Positions 9,402-18,193 of a stretch of DNA of 20,000 bases are shown here, one piece after another. A program made the position numbers and the translations under genes. Within the stretch, counting starts at the first letter, position 1; each line of letters begins with the position of its first letter. Source of the DNA: an uncultured virus (IMG/VR IMGVR_UViG_3300030060_006061) (lineage: Duplodnaviria; Heunggongvirae; Uroviricota; Caudoviricetes); IMG/VR virus record IMGVR_UViG_3300030060_006061, positions 54,644-74,643 of that record; one strand, written 5' to 3'. Under the pieces are notes generated by a model. The model searched no databases. It saw nothing but the letters and a program-made list of their open reading frames with translations, and was not told the origin of the DNA.

Positions 9402-10313
9402 ATGGATTCAGAAAAGTCAGCAGCAATTACGGAAGTTGAACTCACTCCTGGCTCTGCGATATCAGTTAGTGATCTAAAACAAGATTTAACAAACCTTACT
9501 CCTGAGTATAAGGGAATGTTAAGTCATATAGAAGAGACACTACCTGCAACAAATGCAGCATGTGATAACTTTTATAAGTCACACTCACAGATGATGACGG
9601 TGACATTAGATATCACTGATCTTACACCTATTCGTAGCATCAAGCATACTCTTGCATCAATCGAAAGAACAAAGAGTGCGATCATGGAAGCACAGATTAA
9701 TATGAAAAAGAATGAGGTGAAGATTAAGAAGAAGCAAAGAGAGATAGATAACTGCGAAGATACTTTAGATCAAGAGGAACTACAGATTGAGCTGATCGAA
9801 CTACTTAATAACAATCGTAGTATTGAGAACTCAATGAAAGGTGCGATTCGTAAGATGTCATTTTTGATGACGCAGTATCGTTCTGTTCTTGATCACATTG
9901 GTAAGGATTATATCACAGAGGAAGATTATGAAAGGGAAGAGAAACGCTATCATGTCATGACTGCATTGAAGCAAGCACTTAACTCTGCAAGACCTCGTGG
10001 TGGTGTGATTGATGAAGGTAACTCAATTTACTTATTTGACATCGGTGTCAACGTATCACATGCACAGGCAGAGATATTCAACTATCTCAAGATTGAGAAT
10101 GAAATGATCTCAAAAGGTCAAGCACCATCACATGAAATGACAGTTGAATGGCTTGAGAAGTGTGCAGATAAGTTCCAAGATTGTTCAGAAAGATTTGCAG
10201 CAAGTCGTGGATTCACAATACTTGATGAGAAATCATTGACAAGAGAAGATCAAGTGACTATGCTACCTTCAAGGGCAGACGCAGAGTATGCGAAACTAAA
10301 AGAAGCAGAGTAA
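9402..10313 (+). CDS. Hypothetical alpha-helical/coiled-coil protein (303 aa)
   Basis: Long ORF with charged heptad-like segments (IERTKSAIMEAQINMKKNEVKIKKKQREIDN...LQIELIELLNNNRSIENSMKGAIRK). No catalytic motif recognised. Confidence 0.75.
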   Translation: MDSEKSAAITEVELTPGSAISVSDLKQDLTNLTPEYKGMLSHIEETLPATNAACDNFYKSHSQMMTVTLDITDLTPIRSIKHTLASIERTKSAIMEAQINMKKNEVKIKKKQREIDNCEDTLDQEELQIELIELLNNNRSIENSMKGAIRKMSFLMTQYRSVLDHIGKDYITEEDYEREEKRYHVMTALKQALNSARPRGGVIDEGNSIYLFDIGVNVSHAQAEIFNYLKIENEMISKGQAPSHEMTVEWLEKCADKFQDCSERFAASRGFTILDEKSLTREDQVTMLPSRADAEYAKLKEAE

Positions 10314-10315
10314 TT

Positions 10316-11038
10316 ATGATTCATCTTGTAATTGGTACACCCATGTATGGTGGGATGTGCACTAGCGAATATACACAATCGTTATTAAATTTAAGTGAGG
10401 CAGCAAATAAGTCTGAAGGTGTCAAACTCACAACGATCTTTCTTGGTAATGAAAGTTTGATACAACGTGGGAGAAATACAATCGCACATCACTTTATGAA
10501 CCTACCTGATGCGACTCACTTGTTATTCATTGATGCTGACATCAAATTTCGCACTGAAGATATTGTGAAGATGATACAGGCAGATAAGTCTCTTATCATA
10601 GGCCCTGTTGCATTGAAAGGTTACAACTGGGATGAGATACGTCAAGCAGCGGTAAATGGTGAAGATGATATTGGTAGAACAGGTGGTGTTTTTAATATTA
10701 ATAGGCTTCCCGGTGTGGATATGATGAATGAGAATGAACCATTTGAAATCGAACATGGCGGTAATGCATTTATGATGATACGTCGCGATTGTTTTGAGAC
10801 ATTGAAACCCCACACTCCCATATATACTAATGGAGGAAGATCTCTACCTGACGGTGTAGAAATAAAAGACTACTTTCGTGTAGAGATAAATAAAGATACG
10901 AATCATTTATTATCTGAAGATTATTTCTTCTGTCATTCATATCGACAAGTAGGTGGAAAGGTCTGGTGTGCTCCTTGGGTGGAGACCGGACATTTTGGTT
11001 CACATCTCTTTAATGGTAAATACACTAGGAACAATTAA
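10316..11038 (+). CDS. Putative GT-A fold glycosyltransferase-like protein (240 aa)
   Basis: N-terminal strand LVIGTPMYGG, SLIQRGRN, DxD motif THLLFIDADI, FMMIRRDCFE, acidic motif LSEDYFFC and GHFG. This layout is typical of GT2-like phage proteins. Confidence 0.75.
   Translation: MIHLVIGTPMYGGMCTSEYTQSLLNLSEAANKSEGVKLTTIFLGNESLIQRGRNTIAHHFMNLPDATHLLFIDADIKFRTEDIVKMIQADKSLIIGPVALKGYNWDEIRQAAVNGEDDIGRTGGVFNINRLPGVDMMNENEPFEIEHGGNAFMMIRRDCFETLKPHTPIYTNGGRSLPDGVEIKDYFRVEINKDTNHLLSEDYFFCHSYRQVGGKVWCAPWVETGHFGSHLFNGKYTRNN
11016..11022 (+). promoter_or_regulatory. Possible late-promoter-like (G)TAAATA
   Basis: TAAATA about 21 nt upstream of the 11044 start, followed by AGGA. Confidence 0.35.
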
Positions 11039-11043
11039 CGAAA

Positions 11044-11850
11044 ATGGCACAACCAATCGTAAAATATACATTAAATAAGAAAGGGCAAGTGCCTGAGTGG
11101 ATTAACACTGGCTCATCTTCATTTGCCGGTGAACATAGTATTTCTGGAAATAAAACAGGATATATACCAAAGTATGAATCTCCACAAGATACGATCTTTT
11201 TGGGAATTGCATCTGGTGATCCAGATCCAGATGGAACTCCTGATGATTACGTTGGAATCATTACAACAAAAGCATTACTACAAAGTTATATAACAGCAAC
11301 AGGATCGACATTACAATATAAAACAACAACTCCAACAGTCACAGGTATTCAAACATCTGTAACAACTGGATTATCCACTGCATGGAATCAAGAGGAATAC
11401 TCTGGTGGATTATCAACAACAACATCTACAAAATACACAGCTTCAGGTGTTGGAACAGTTGCAACTTTATCTGGATCAACGGTTACAAAAGTTGTAGTCG
11501 CAACAGATACAACAACAGGTAGTTCTGACGCAACAACTGATACACCGATTGTAATTGATGCAGCATCTACATTAAGTGGAGTTTCAACATCATCATCTGT
11601 TGGAGTCGTAACAACCACAAACGATGCAGGTCTTGCAGTCACTACAACAACTACGACTTACACAACATCATATACTTACACTGATGTACAGACCACATCC
11701 TCAACATCAACATCTGAAACAACAACAGATGGAGTGACAACAAGAACTGACACAGTGACAACGACTGAATCTACAAATTATGATACCAGTTATGATTATG
11801 CAGCAGAAGCAACAAGACTCTGGAATATATACACGGCACTTAATTCATAG
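11044..11850 (+). CDS. Hypothetical protein with long Thr/Ser-rich low-complexity central region (268 aa)
   Basis: Ordinary-complexity N-terminus (IVKYTLNKKGQVPEWI...) and C-terminal helix (YDYAAEATRLWNIYTALNS) flank about 160 aa dominated by T/S (e.g. VTTTTTTYTTSYTYT). Confidence 0.75.
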   Translation: MAQPIVKYTLNKKGQVPEWINTGSSSFAGEHSISGNKTGYIPKYESPQDTIFLGIASGDPDPDGTPDDYVGIITTKALLQSYITATGSTLQYKTTTPTVTGIQTSVTTGLSTAWNQEEYSGGLSTTTSTKYTASGVGTVATLSGSTVTKVVVATDTTTGSSDATTDTPIVIDAASTLSGVSTSSSVGVVTTTNDAGLAVTTTTTTYTTSYTYTDVQTTSSTSTSETTTDGVTTRTDTVTTTESTNYDTSYDYAAEATRLWNIYTALNS

Positions 11851-11856
11851 TAATAT

Positions 11857-12651
11857 ATGAAATTTTATTTTGATTGTGGACTCCCTCGTTCGGGATCCAC
11901 TCTTTTGACTGCGATATTAAATCAAAACCCTAATATTCATGCTGGAACATTATCTCCAGTGATGGAATTAATGTATTATACGAATGAGATACTACATAGG
12001 GAACAAGCACAGGCATTTCCAAAACCAAAAGTATTTCAAGAGATAGTAACAAATAATATTATTAATTATTATTCTGATGTAAAAAATGAAGTGGTTGTTG
12101 ATAAGTGCAGAGCATGGCCTGCACACATAGATTTGTTAAAAAGATATGTGACTAATAATCCAAAATTGATATGCACAGTGCGTCATCCATTAGACATACT
12201 TGCATCCTTTATTACTTTATTTCATAAAGACGGAACACCTAACTTTATTGATAGAGCAATGACAGAGAGGAAAATACCAATCACAGATGATAATCGTTGT
12301 CATTATATGATGAATCCGGGTGGTATTGTGTGGGAATCAATGAACGCACTCGCAACAGCATTTAGACAGAAACAGCAACATCACATACACCTTATACAAT
12401 ATGATGATCTTGTATCTAATCCATCACAAGAGATTGCAAAACTACATGGATTTTTAGAGTTAGATCCGTATGTTTACAATTTTGATAATATTGTAGCTAA
12501 AGATAGAGAGAAAGATACTGAGGTATATGGATTACCAACGATGCATGAAATAAGAAAGAAAGTTAATAAAATATCTAAACCATATCAAGAAGTGTTGAGT
12601 GTTGATGTGATAAATAAATATATTAACTATGATTTTTGGAATCAGCAATAG
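11857..12651 (+). CDS. PAPS-dependent sulfotransferase (264 aa)
   Basis: 5'-PSB loop GLPRSGSTLL, VVVDKCR, 3'-PB motif VRHPLDILASF, and YDDLVSNP...L..FL. Confidence 0.88.
   Translation: MKFYFDCGLPRSGSTLLTAILNQNPNIHAGTLSPVMELMYYTNEILHREQAQAFPKPKVFQEIVTNNIINYYSDVKNEVVVDKCRAWPAHIDLLKRYVTNNPKLICTVRHPLDILASFITLFHKDGTPNFIDRAMTERKIPITDDNRCHYMMNPGGIVWESMNALATAFRQKQQHHIHLIQYDDLVSNPSQEIAKLHGFLELDPYVYNFDNIVAKDREKDTEVYGLPTMHEIRKKVNKISKPYQEVLSVDVINKYINYDFWNQQ
12610..12620 (+). promoter_or_regulatory. Possible late-promoter-like ATAAATAAATA
   Basis: Tandem ATAAATA in the 3' end of the sulfotransferase gene, about 30-40 nt upstream of where the propeller array resumes (12652). Confidence 0.45.
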
Positions 12652-13800
12652 ATGTCAGAAGTTAGGGTCAACAATTTATCAAACGAGAATAATACAGGTG
12701 GCCCTACTATATCAGGTATCACAACATATTCTGGCAGTCATTTCTTTGTGCCACCACAGGGAGATACTGCGAGTAGACCATCTGGTTGCAAGCCAGGATC
12801 ATTAAGATTTAACACAGATAATGCAAAGTTAGAATATTTTAGAGGAGATACGATTGGTTGGACAGAAATAGAGGCAAGTAATGAAGAGTTAGGACAAGAT
12901 CAGCATACCGTTACAGGACAAACTGGAATGGCGATTAGGGGATTATACGCTGGAGGTGGAACCCCAACTCGTGTTGATACGATTGATTACATAATTCTAT
13001 CAACACCCGGTAATGCAATCGATTTTGGTAATTTACCAGACACAAACTCAAACACACTCGGCACGGTTTCATCAAGATCAAGGGCATTATTTGGTGGTGG
13101 ATATCCATATACAAATAGAATTGGTTTTGTTGTTTTTGCAACTCAGGGAAATACCACTGATTTTGGAAATCTTTCACAGTCAAGAAGTAATTTAAATGGT
13201 CTTGGTGATGGTATTCGTGGAGTTTTTGTTGGAGGATACACTGGGTCAAATCAAACCACAATGGATTATGTTACTGTCGCACAAACAGGAGATGCTGTTG
13301 ACTTTGGAGATCTTTCAGGAGTAACAAACTCTGGATTAATTGCTAATTCATCAACTCGTGGTTTGATAGGTGGTATCAGTAATGGAGCTAATACAATTGA
13401 TTTTATTACAATTAGAACAACAGGAAATGCAACAGACTTTGGTGATATGACAGTTGGAAGATCTGGAGGGGCGGTCGGGCCATTTTGTAATGCAACGAGA
13501 GGGATATTTGCTGCTGGATACTCTGGTGGTGATCTTAATGTTCTTGATTTTGTTACAATGGCAACCAAAGGAAATGCATTAGACTTTGGTGATTTGATAC
13601 AAGCTGTATCTCAATCGGGTGCTGTATCATCACCAACTCGTGGAATGCTTATGGGCGGTATTGGTGGATCTCCGAGAGTAGCATTAAATACTATTCAAGA
13701 AACACAATTAGCATCAGCAGGAAACGCACAAGATTTTGGAGACATCTCACAGTCCAGAAACGGTGGTGGTGGTATATCTAATGGTCACGGAGGTTTATAA
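12652..13800 (+). CDS. Kelch-like propeller protein, fused A+B leader (382 aa)
   Basis: MSEVRVNNLSNENNTGGPTISGITT..FFVPPQGDTASRP...PGSLRFNTDNAKLEYFRG...W; six repeats; ends NGHGGL. Confidence 0.85.
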   Translation: MSEVRVNNLSNENNTGGPTISGITTYSGSHFFVPPQGDTASRPSGCKPGSLRFNTDNAKLEYFRGDTIGWTEIEASNEELGQDQHTVTGQTGMAIRGLYAGGGTPTRVDTIDYIILSTPGNAIDFGNLPDTNSNTLGTVSSRSRALFGGGYPYTNRIGFVVFATQGNTTDFGNLSQSRSNLNGLGDGIRGVFVGGYTGSNQTTMDYVTVAQTGDAVDFGDLSGVTNSGLIANSSTRGLIGGISNGANTIDFITIRTTGNATDFGDMTVGRSGGAVGPFCNATRGIFAAGYSGGDLNVLDFVTMATKGNALDFGDLIQAVSQSGAVSSPTRGMLMGGIGGSPRVALNTIQETQLASAGNAQDFGDISQSRNGGGGISNGHGGL

Positions 13801-13804
13801 TGTC
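13776..13804 (+). repeat. 29-bp near-identical gene-junction repeat (second copy at 14960-14988)
   Basis: ATCTAATGGTCA(C/T)GGAGGTTTATAATGTC, 28/29 identical, spanning the stop/start junction. Confidence 0.9.
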
Positions 13805-14984
13805 TGAAATCAATTCTTCTAATTTTAAAAAGGAACATGGTGATCTTGCACCGGATCTTGTTGGTGTTACAGAACTTACATCACCTTATTTCTTTGTGCC
13901 ACCATCAGGAACAACAGGAGAGAGACCAGATGATTGTGAGCCCGGCACAATGAGATTTAATACTGATGTTGGAAGTCTTGAGATATTTCGTGGTAAGACA
14001 ATTGGATGGGAACAGATACAAAGAAGAGAAAGTCAATATCTAGGAGGAGGAACAGGATCGAATACTGGAACTGGAACTCGTGTTTTACAAGCAGGAGGTA
14101 ATTCACCGTCATTAAATAATAATGTCATACAATTTGTTACTATCTCAACATTTGGAAATGCTCAAGATTTTGGTGACTTAAGTTACAATGGTGGAAACAG
14201 TAGAGGATCAGCATCATCAAACACTCGTGCTCTATTTGCTAATGATTCTCACTATAACACTATAGTTTTTTGTACCTTTGCATCTCTAGGAAACTCAACA
14301 AATTTCGGTGACACAACTTATACAGGAAGATATAAATGCGGATTATCCAACCAAATTCGTGGAATATTTGCTGGTGGAAATACCACACCAAGTTCACCTG
14401 CATCTAGTATTAATACAATAGATTCTGTCACGATTCCACAAACGGGAAATGCAGTAGATTTTGGTAATTTATCTGTAGCTCGTGCATATATAGCCACTTG
14501 TTCATCATCAACTCGTGGTGTGTTCGCTGCTGGTTATAGGTCATCACCAGTTAGTTCTGGTTCTAGCACCGTAGACTTTATCACAATCACATCAACAGGA
14601 AATGCAACAGACTTTGGTGATACTATTGGTACTCAATATGGTTGTGCTGGAGCATCAAACGCTACAAGAGGTATTATATCTGGTGGACACCTTGCCCCTT
14701 CAGGTAACACTAATACAATGCAATTCATAACTATTGCGACAACAGGAAATAGTATAGATTTTGGTGATATGGTTCAAGCATATGCGGTTCGTGTTCATGG
14801 TGGTTCATCATCATCAACTCGTGCTCTTTTTATGGGTGGATACAGAACTTCTGGATCACCAAATGCAACAAATGAGATTAACTCGGTTGAAATCGCAACG
14901 ACAGGAAATGCAACTGATTTCGGTGATCTAACAAATGCACCAATGTATACAGCCGCAACATCTAATGGTCATGGAGGTTTATAA
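13800..14984 (+). CDS. Kelch-like propeller protein, fused A+B leader (394 aa)
   Basis: FFVPPSGTTGERPDDCEPGTMRFNTDVGSLEIFRGKTIGW; six repeats; TAATG overlaps at both ends. Confidence 0.85.
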   Translation: MSEINSSNFKKEHGDLAPDLVGVTELTSPYFFVPPSGTTGERPDDCEPGTMRFNTDVGSLEIFRGKTIGWEQIQRRESQYLGGGTGSNTGTGTRVLQAGGNSPSLNNNVIQFVTISTFGNAQDFGDLSYNGGNSRGSASSNTRALFANDSHYNTIVFCTFASLGNSTNFGDTTYTGRYKCGLSNQIRGIFAGGNTTPSSPASSINTIDSVTIPQTGNAVDFGNLSVARAYIATCSSSTRGVFAAGYRSSPVSSGSSTVDFITITSTGNATDFGDTIGTQYGCAGASNATRGIISGGHLAPSGNTNTMQFITIATTGNSIDFGDMVQAYAVRVHGGSSSSTRALFMGGYRTSGSPNATNEINSVEIATTGNATDFGDLTNAPMYTAATSNGHGGL

Positions 14985-16141
14985 TGTCACAAATTAATAT
15001 CAGAAACTTATCAAACGAAAATGATGATGGATCACCAGAGATAGTTGGTGTATCTACATTTTCTGCAACATCATTCTTTGTGCCACCAAAAGGATCAACA
15101 GCAGACAGACCATCAGACTGTGAGCCCGGTTCAATCAGATTTAATACAGATACAGCAAACTTAGAATATTTTAGAGGAAAGACACTTGGTTGGAGTCAGT
15201 TTGAATTAGTCACTCCAAATCTTGGTGGAGGAACAGGATCAAACACTGGTCTTGGAACTCGTGCAGTCATATCTCCTGGCCAAAGATCACCTAGTGGTTA
15301 CGTAACAGATATAGATTTCATGACCATATCCACTCTTGGAAATGCACAAGATTTTGGTAATGCTGGTCTAACAAGGGATAAATTAGGATCGGGAGGAGAT
15401 AGAACTCGCGGTTTGTTTATAGGAGGAGAAGGAGCATCTGACCAAATTGAATTTATTACCTTCGCATCGACAGGAGATGCCACAGACTTTGGTAATATTG
15501 GTCATGGTTCTCAGATGAGATTTGTTGCTGGATGTTCTGATTCAACAAGAACAATTTTTGGTGGTGGATACAATGGGCCAGCATCATACAATACAATTGA
15601 ATATGTCACAACTCAATCAACAGGAAACGGTGTTGATTTTGGTGATCTTATTTCGACTGATAATAATGCAAAAGGTGCGTGTTCTTCATCAACAAGAGGA
15701 ATATTTGCTGGTGGTGATGAGCATAACTATAGTAATCGAACAGATCGAATTGAATTCGTTACAATTAGCACAACAGGAAACTCAACTGACTTTGGCAACT
15801 TAACGAGTTCACGAGCAATGATAGGTGGAGCTTCCAACTCAACAAGAGGATTATTTTTTGGAGGATTTACTCCAAGCGTTACAGATGTAATTGATTTTAT
15901 CACTATTGCAACAACTGGAAATGCAACTGATTTTGGTGATACGACAGTTGCAAGATCAAGAAATTTTGCTGCATCATCACCAACTCGTGCGATAAGTGGT
16001 GCTGGTTCCACTCCCAGTGGATCTATAAATACAGTTGATTTTGTTGAGATATTAACAACAGGAAATGCACTAGATTTTGGTGATTTAGTTGGAACTGGAA
16101 CTGGTGCTGCGGCTTGTTCGAGTGGTCATGGAGGACTCTAA
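14984..16141 (+). CDS. Kelch-like propeller protein, fused A+B leader (385 aa)
   Basis: FFVPPKGSTADRPSDCEPGSIRFNTDTANLEYFRGKTLGW..LGGGTGSNTG; six repeats; ends SGHGGL. Confidence 0.85.
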   Translation: MSQINIRNLSNENDDGSPEIVGVSTFSATSFFVPPKGSTADRPSDCEPGSIRFNTDTANLEYFRGKTLGWSQFELVTPNLGGGTGSNTGLGTRAVISPGQRSPSGYVTDIDFMTISTLGNAQDFGNAGLTRDKLGSGGDRTRGLFIGGEGASDQIEFITFASTGDATDFGNIGHGSQMRFVAGCSDSTRTIFGGGYNGPASYNTIEYVTTQSTGNGVDFGDLISTDNNAKGACSSSTRGIFAGGDEHNYSNRTDRIEFVTISTTGNSTDFGNLTSSRAMIGGASNSTRGLFFGGFTPSVTDVIDFITIATTGNATDFGDTTVARSRNFAASSPTRAISGAGSTPSGSINTVDFVEILTTGNALDFGDLVGTGTGAAACSSGHGGL

Positions 16142-16144
16142 ATA
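16138..16144 (+). promoter_or_regulatory. Late-promoter-like CTAAATA
   Basis: Overlaps the stop of 14984-16141 and ends 5 nt before ATG 16150. Confidence 0.5.
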
Positions 16145-16149
16145 TTAAT

Positions 16150-17142
16150 ATGGAAAAACCCTCACTCGATACGGCAAAAGCAGGTGCAATTCGTTTCAAT
16201 ACGGATAGTAGCCAATTGGAAATTTATGATGGGAATCAGTGGACAGGAATATTAGCAACATCAGGGTCACAACAAACTGGTGGGGCTCGAGGAATTATTT
16301 TCACTGGATCTTCGGGATCAAATAGCATTGATTTTATAACAATACCATCAACAGGTAACGCATTAGATTTTGGAAACCGCACTCAAAGTGTTGAACCAAG
16401 TCAAAATGCTTGTGCTTCTAGAACTCGTGCATTTTTTGGAGGAGGAGAGGGTAATACTGATAGAATAGAATTTGTAACCATAGCACAACTGGGAAATGGA
16501 ACAGACTTTGGTAATTTAACGGTATCAAGAGGTGCAGGCCCAGCAGGTGCATCAAATCAAATTCGTGCCTTGTGGGCTGGAGGAAGAACACCTAGTAATC
16601 GAAACGAAATTGATTACATTACAATGTCTCATTCGGGAAATGCCATAGATTTTGGTGATTTAATAACTGCAAGACAATGGCCTGGTGCTTTTGAATCATC
16701 TGTTAAAGCTTTTGTATTTGGTGGTAATTATCCGGGTATTAATAGTATTGAATATTTTACAATGGCACATAGTGGAAATGGTAAAGATTTTGGTGATATG
16801 ACTCATGTTCGTCAGGTTGTAACGGGAACATCAAGTAGCACGAGAGGGTTAATGGCAGGAGGGCAAACACCATCTGGTGACTCTCAGATTATCGATTTTG
16901 TTGAAATGTCTTCTATAGGAAATGCAGTTGAATTTGGTGATTTGACAGATTCAAGAAGAGCAGCAGGAGGGTGCAGTGATTGTATACGAAGTGTTGTAGT
17001 AGCGGGATACGGCCCAAATGAACGAAGCACCATGGATTATGTTCATTTTGCAACTAAGGGAAATGCTGTTGATTTTGGTGACAGTAATGACACTGGATTT
17101 TCTGCAGGAACATCTAATGCTCATGCAGGGTTAGGAGGTTAA
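16150..17142 (+). CDS. Kelch-like propeller protein, B-type leader (330 aa; start revised from 16114)
   Basis: ATG at 16150 (MEKPSLDTAKAGAIRFNTDSSQLEIYDGNQW) matches the length of other B leaders and avoids overlap with the upstream gene. Six repeats; ends AHAGLGG. Confidence 0.82.
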   Translation: MEKPSLDTAKAGAIRFNTDSSQLEIYDGNQWTGILATSGSQQTGGARGIIFTGSSGSNSIDFITIPSTGNALDFGNRTQSVEPSQNACASRTRAFFGGGEGNTDRIEFVTIAQLGNGTDFGNLTVSRGAGPAGASNQIRALWAGGRTPSNRNEIDYITMSHSGNAIDFGDLITARQWPGAFESSVKAFVFGGNYPGINSIEYFTMAHSGNGKDFGDMTHVRQVVTGTSSSTRGLMAGGQTPSGDSQIIDFVEMSSIGNAVEFGDLTDSRRAAGGCSDCIRSVVVAGYGPNERSTMDYVHFATKGNAVDFGDSNDTGFSAGTSNAHAGLGG

Positions 17143-17143
17143 T

Positions 17144-18193
17144 ATGTCTGAATTTAGAGTCAACTCAATCACAAATCAAGACGGAAGTGCAGGGCCTCAA
17201 GTATGTGGTGTCTCAACATTTAGTGGTAAGTCTGGTGTTCAGATACCAAGTGGATCATCAGAGTTTCGTAGACAAGATGGTGGTGGAAGAGGAAGAGGAA
17301 TTACAGGTGGTGGATTCGTACCTGCATCTAGTCAAAATGTAATGGATTTAATTGAGATTGCAACTACAGGAAATGCAACTGATTTTGGTGATCTCACAGT
17401 AGTTTTAAGAAACATTGCAACATGTGCATCATCAACTCGTGGAATTTTTGCGAGTGGTCAAACACCAAGTGTTAGTGATGTAATATGTTTTACGACTATA
17501 TCATCATCTGGTGGTGCAAATGATTTTGGTAATTTAAGAGAAGCGATGACAAATAGTAATGATGGTGTTCTTTCTGATAATACTCGTGGCATTATATTAT
17601 ATGGAGGGCCCACATCATTACCCCAACCTACTGTCCAAGGAACTTTAGATTTTATTACAATACCAACAACTGGTGACTCATCTAGATTTGGTGAATTAAG
17701 TGTGGCAAGAAGACATACTGCATCAATGGCCTCACCAACAAGAGGTGTGTTTGCAACAGGAAAAAATGACTCTATTAGTACTTACCTTAAAGTAATAGAT
17801 TTTGTAATAATTCAAACACAAGGAACTGCAGTAACTTTTGGGGAAATAATTACAAACGGTAGAGAACAGGCAGTTGGAGCAGGAAATAAAACAAGAGGTT
17901 TAATCGCTGGTGGTCTCAATCCGACTCCTTTTGATAGTATTGATTTTATTACACTCGCGACTACAGGAAATAGTCAGGATTTTGGTGATTTGTCTGGAAA
18001 TCGATTTGGTATGTCAAGCATGAGTAGTTCAACTCGTGCTACTTTTGCTGGTGGTAGCGCACCGGGAAGTTCCGATATTATAGAATTTGTAACTATTGCA
18101 ACCACAGGAAATGCAACAGACTTTGGTGATTTGACTGTTGCTCGAACAGTTCCACAAGGATTATCTGATGCTCATGGAGGATTAGCACAATGA
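17144..18193 (+). CDS. Kelch-like propeller protein, A-type leader (349 aa)
   Basis: MSEFRVNSITNQDGSAGPQVCGVSTFSG..VQIPSGSSEFRR..GRGR; six repeats; ends AHGGLAQ. Confidence 0.85.
   Translation: MSEFRVNSITNQDGSAGPQVCGVSTFSGKSGVQIPSGSSEFRRQDGGGRGRGITGGGFVPASSQNVMDLIEIATTGNATDFGDLTVVLRNIATCASSTRGIFASGQTPSVSDVICFTTISSSGGANDFGNLREAMTNSNDGVLSDNTRGIILYGGPTSLPQPTVQGTLDFITIPTTGDSSRFGELSVARRHTASMASPTRGVFATGKNDSISTYLKVIDFVIIQTQGTAVTFGEIITNGREQAVGAGNKTRGLIAGGLNPTPFDSIDFITLATTGNSQDFGDLSGNRFGMSSMSSSTRATFAGGSAPGSSDIIEFVTIATTGNATDFGDLTVARTVPQGLSDAHGGLAQ

Noticed and set aside
386..15803. Short alternative-frame + strand ORFs (386-607, 4297-4536, 4740-4928, 13013-13195, 15522-15803)
   Set aside because: They lie almost entirely within longer paralog-supported genes and have the Leu/Val/Gln-rich composition typical of off-frame translation.
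5224..16011. Minus-strand ORFs with recurring KSPKS...FPVVAIV motif (e.g. 5536-5721, 6784-6981, 7779-8156, 8258-8581, 13266-13568, 15727-16011)
   Set aside because: These are antisense shadows of the repeat genes; the motif is simply the reverse complement of TIATTGNAxDFGDL.
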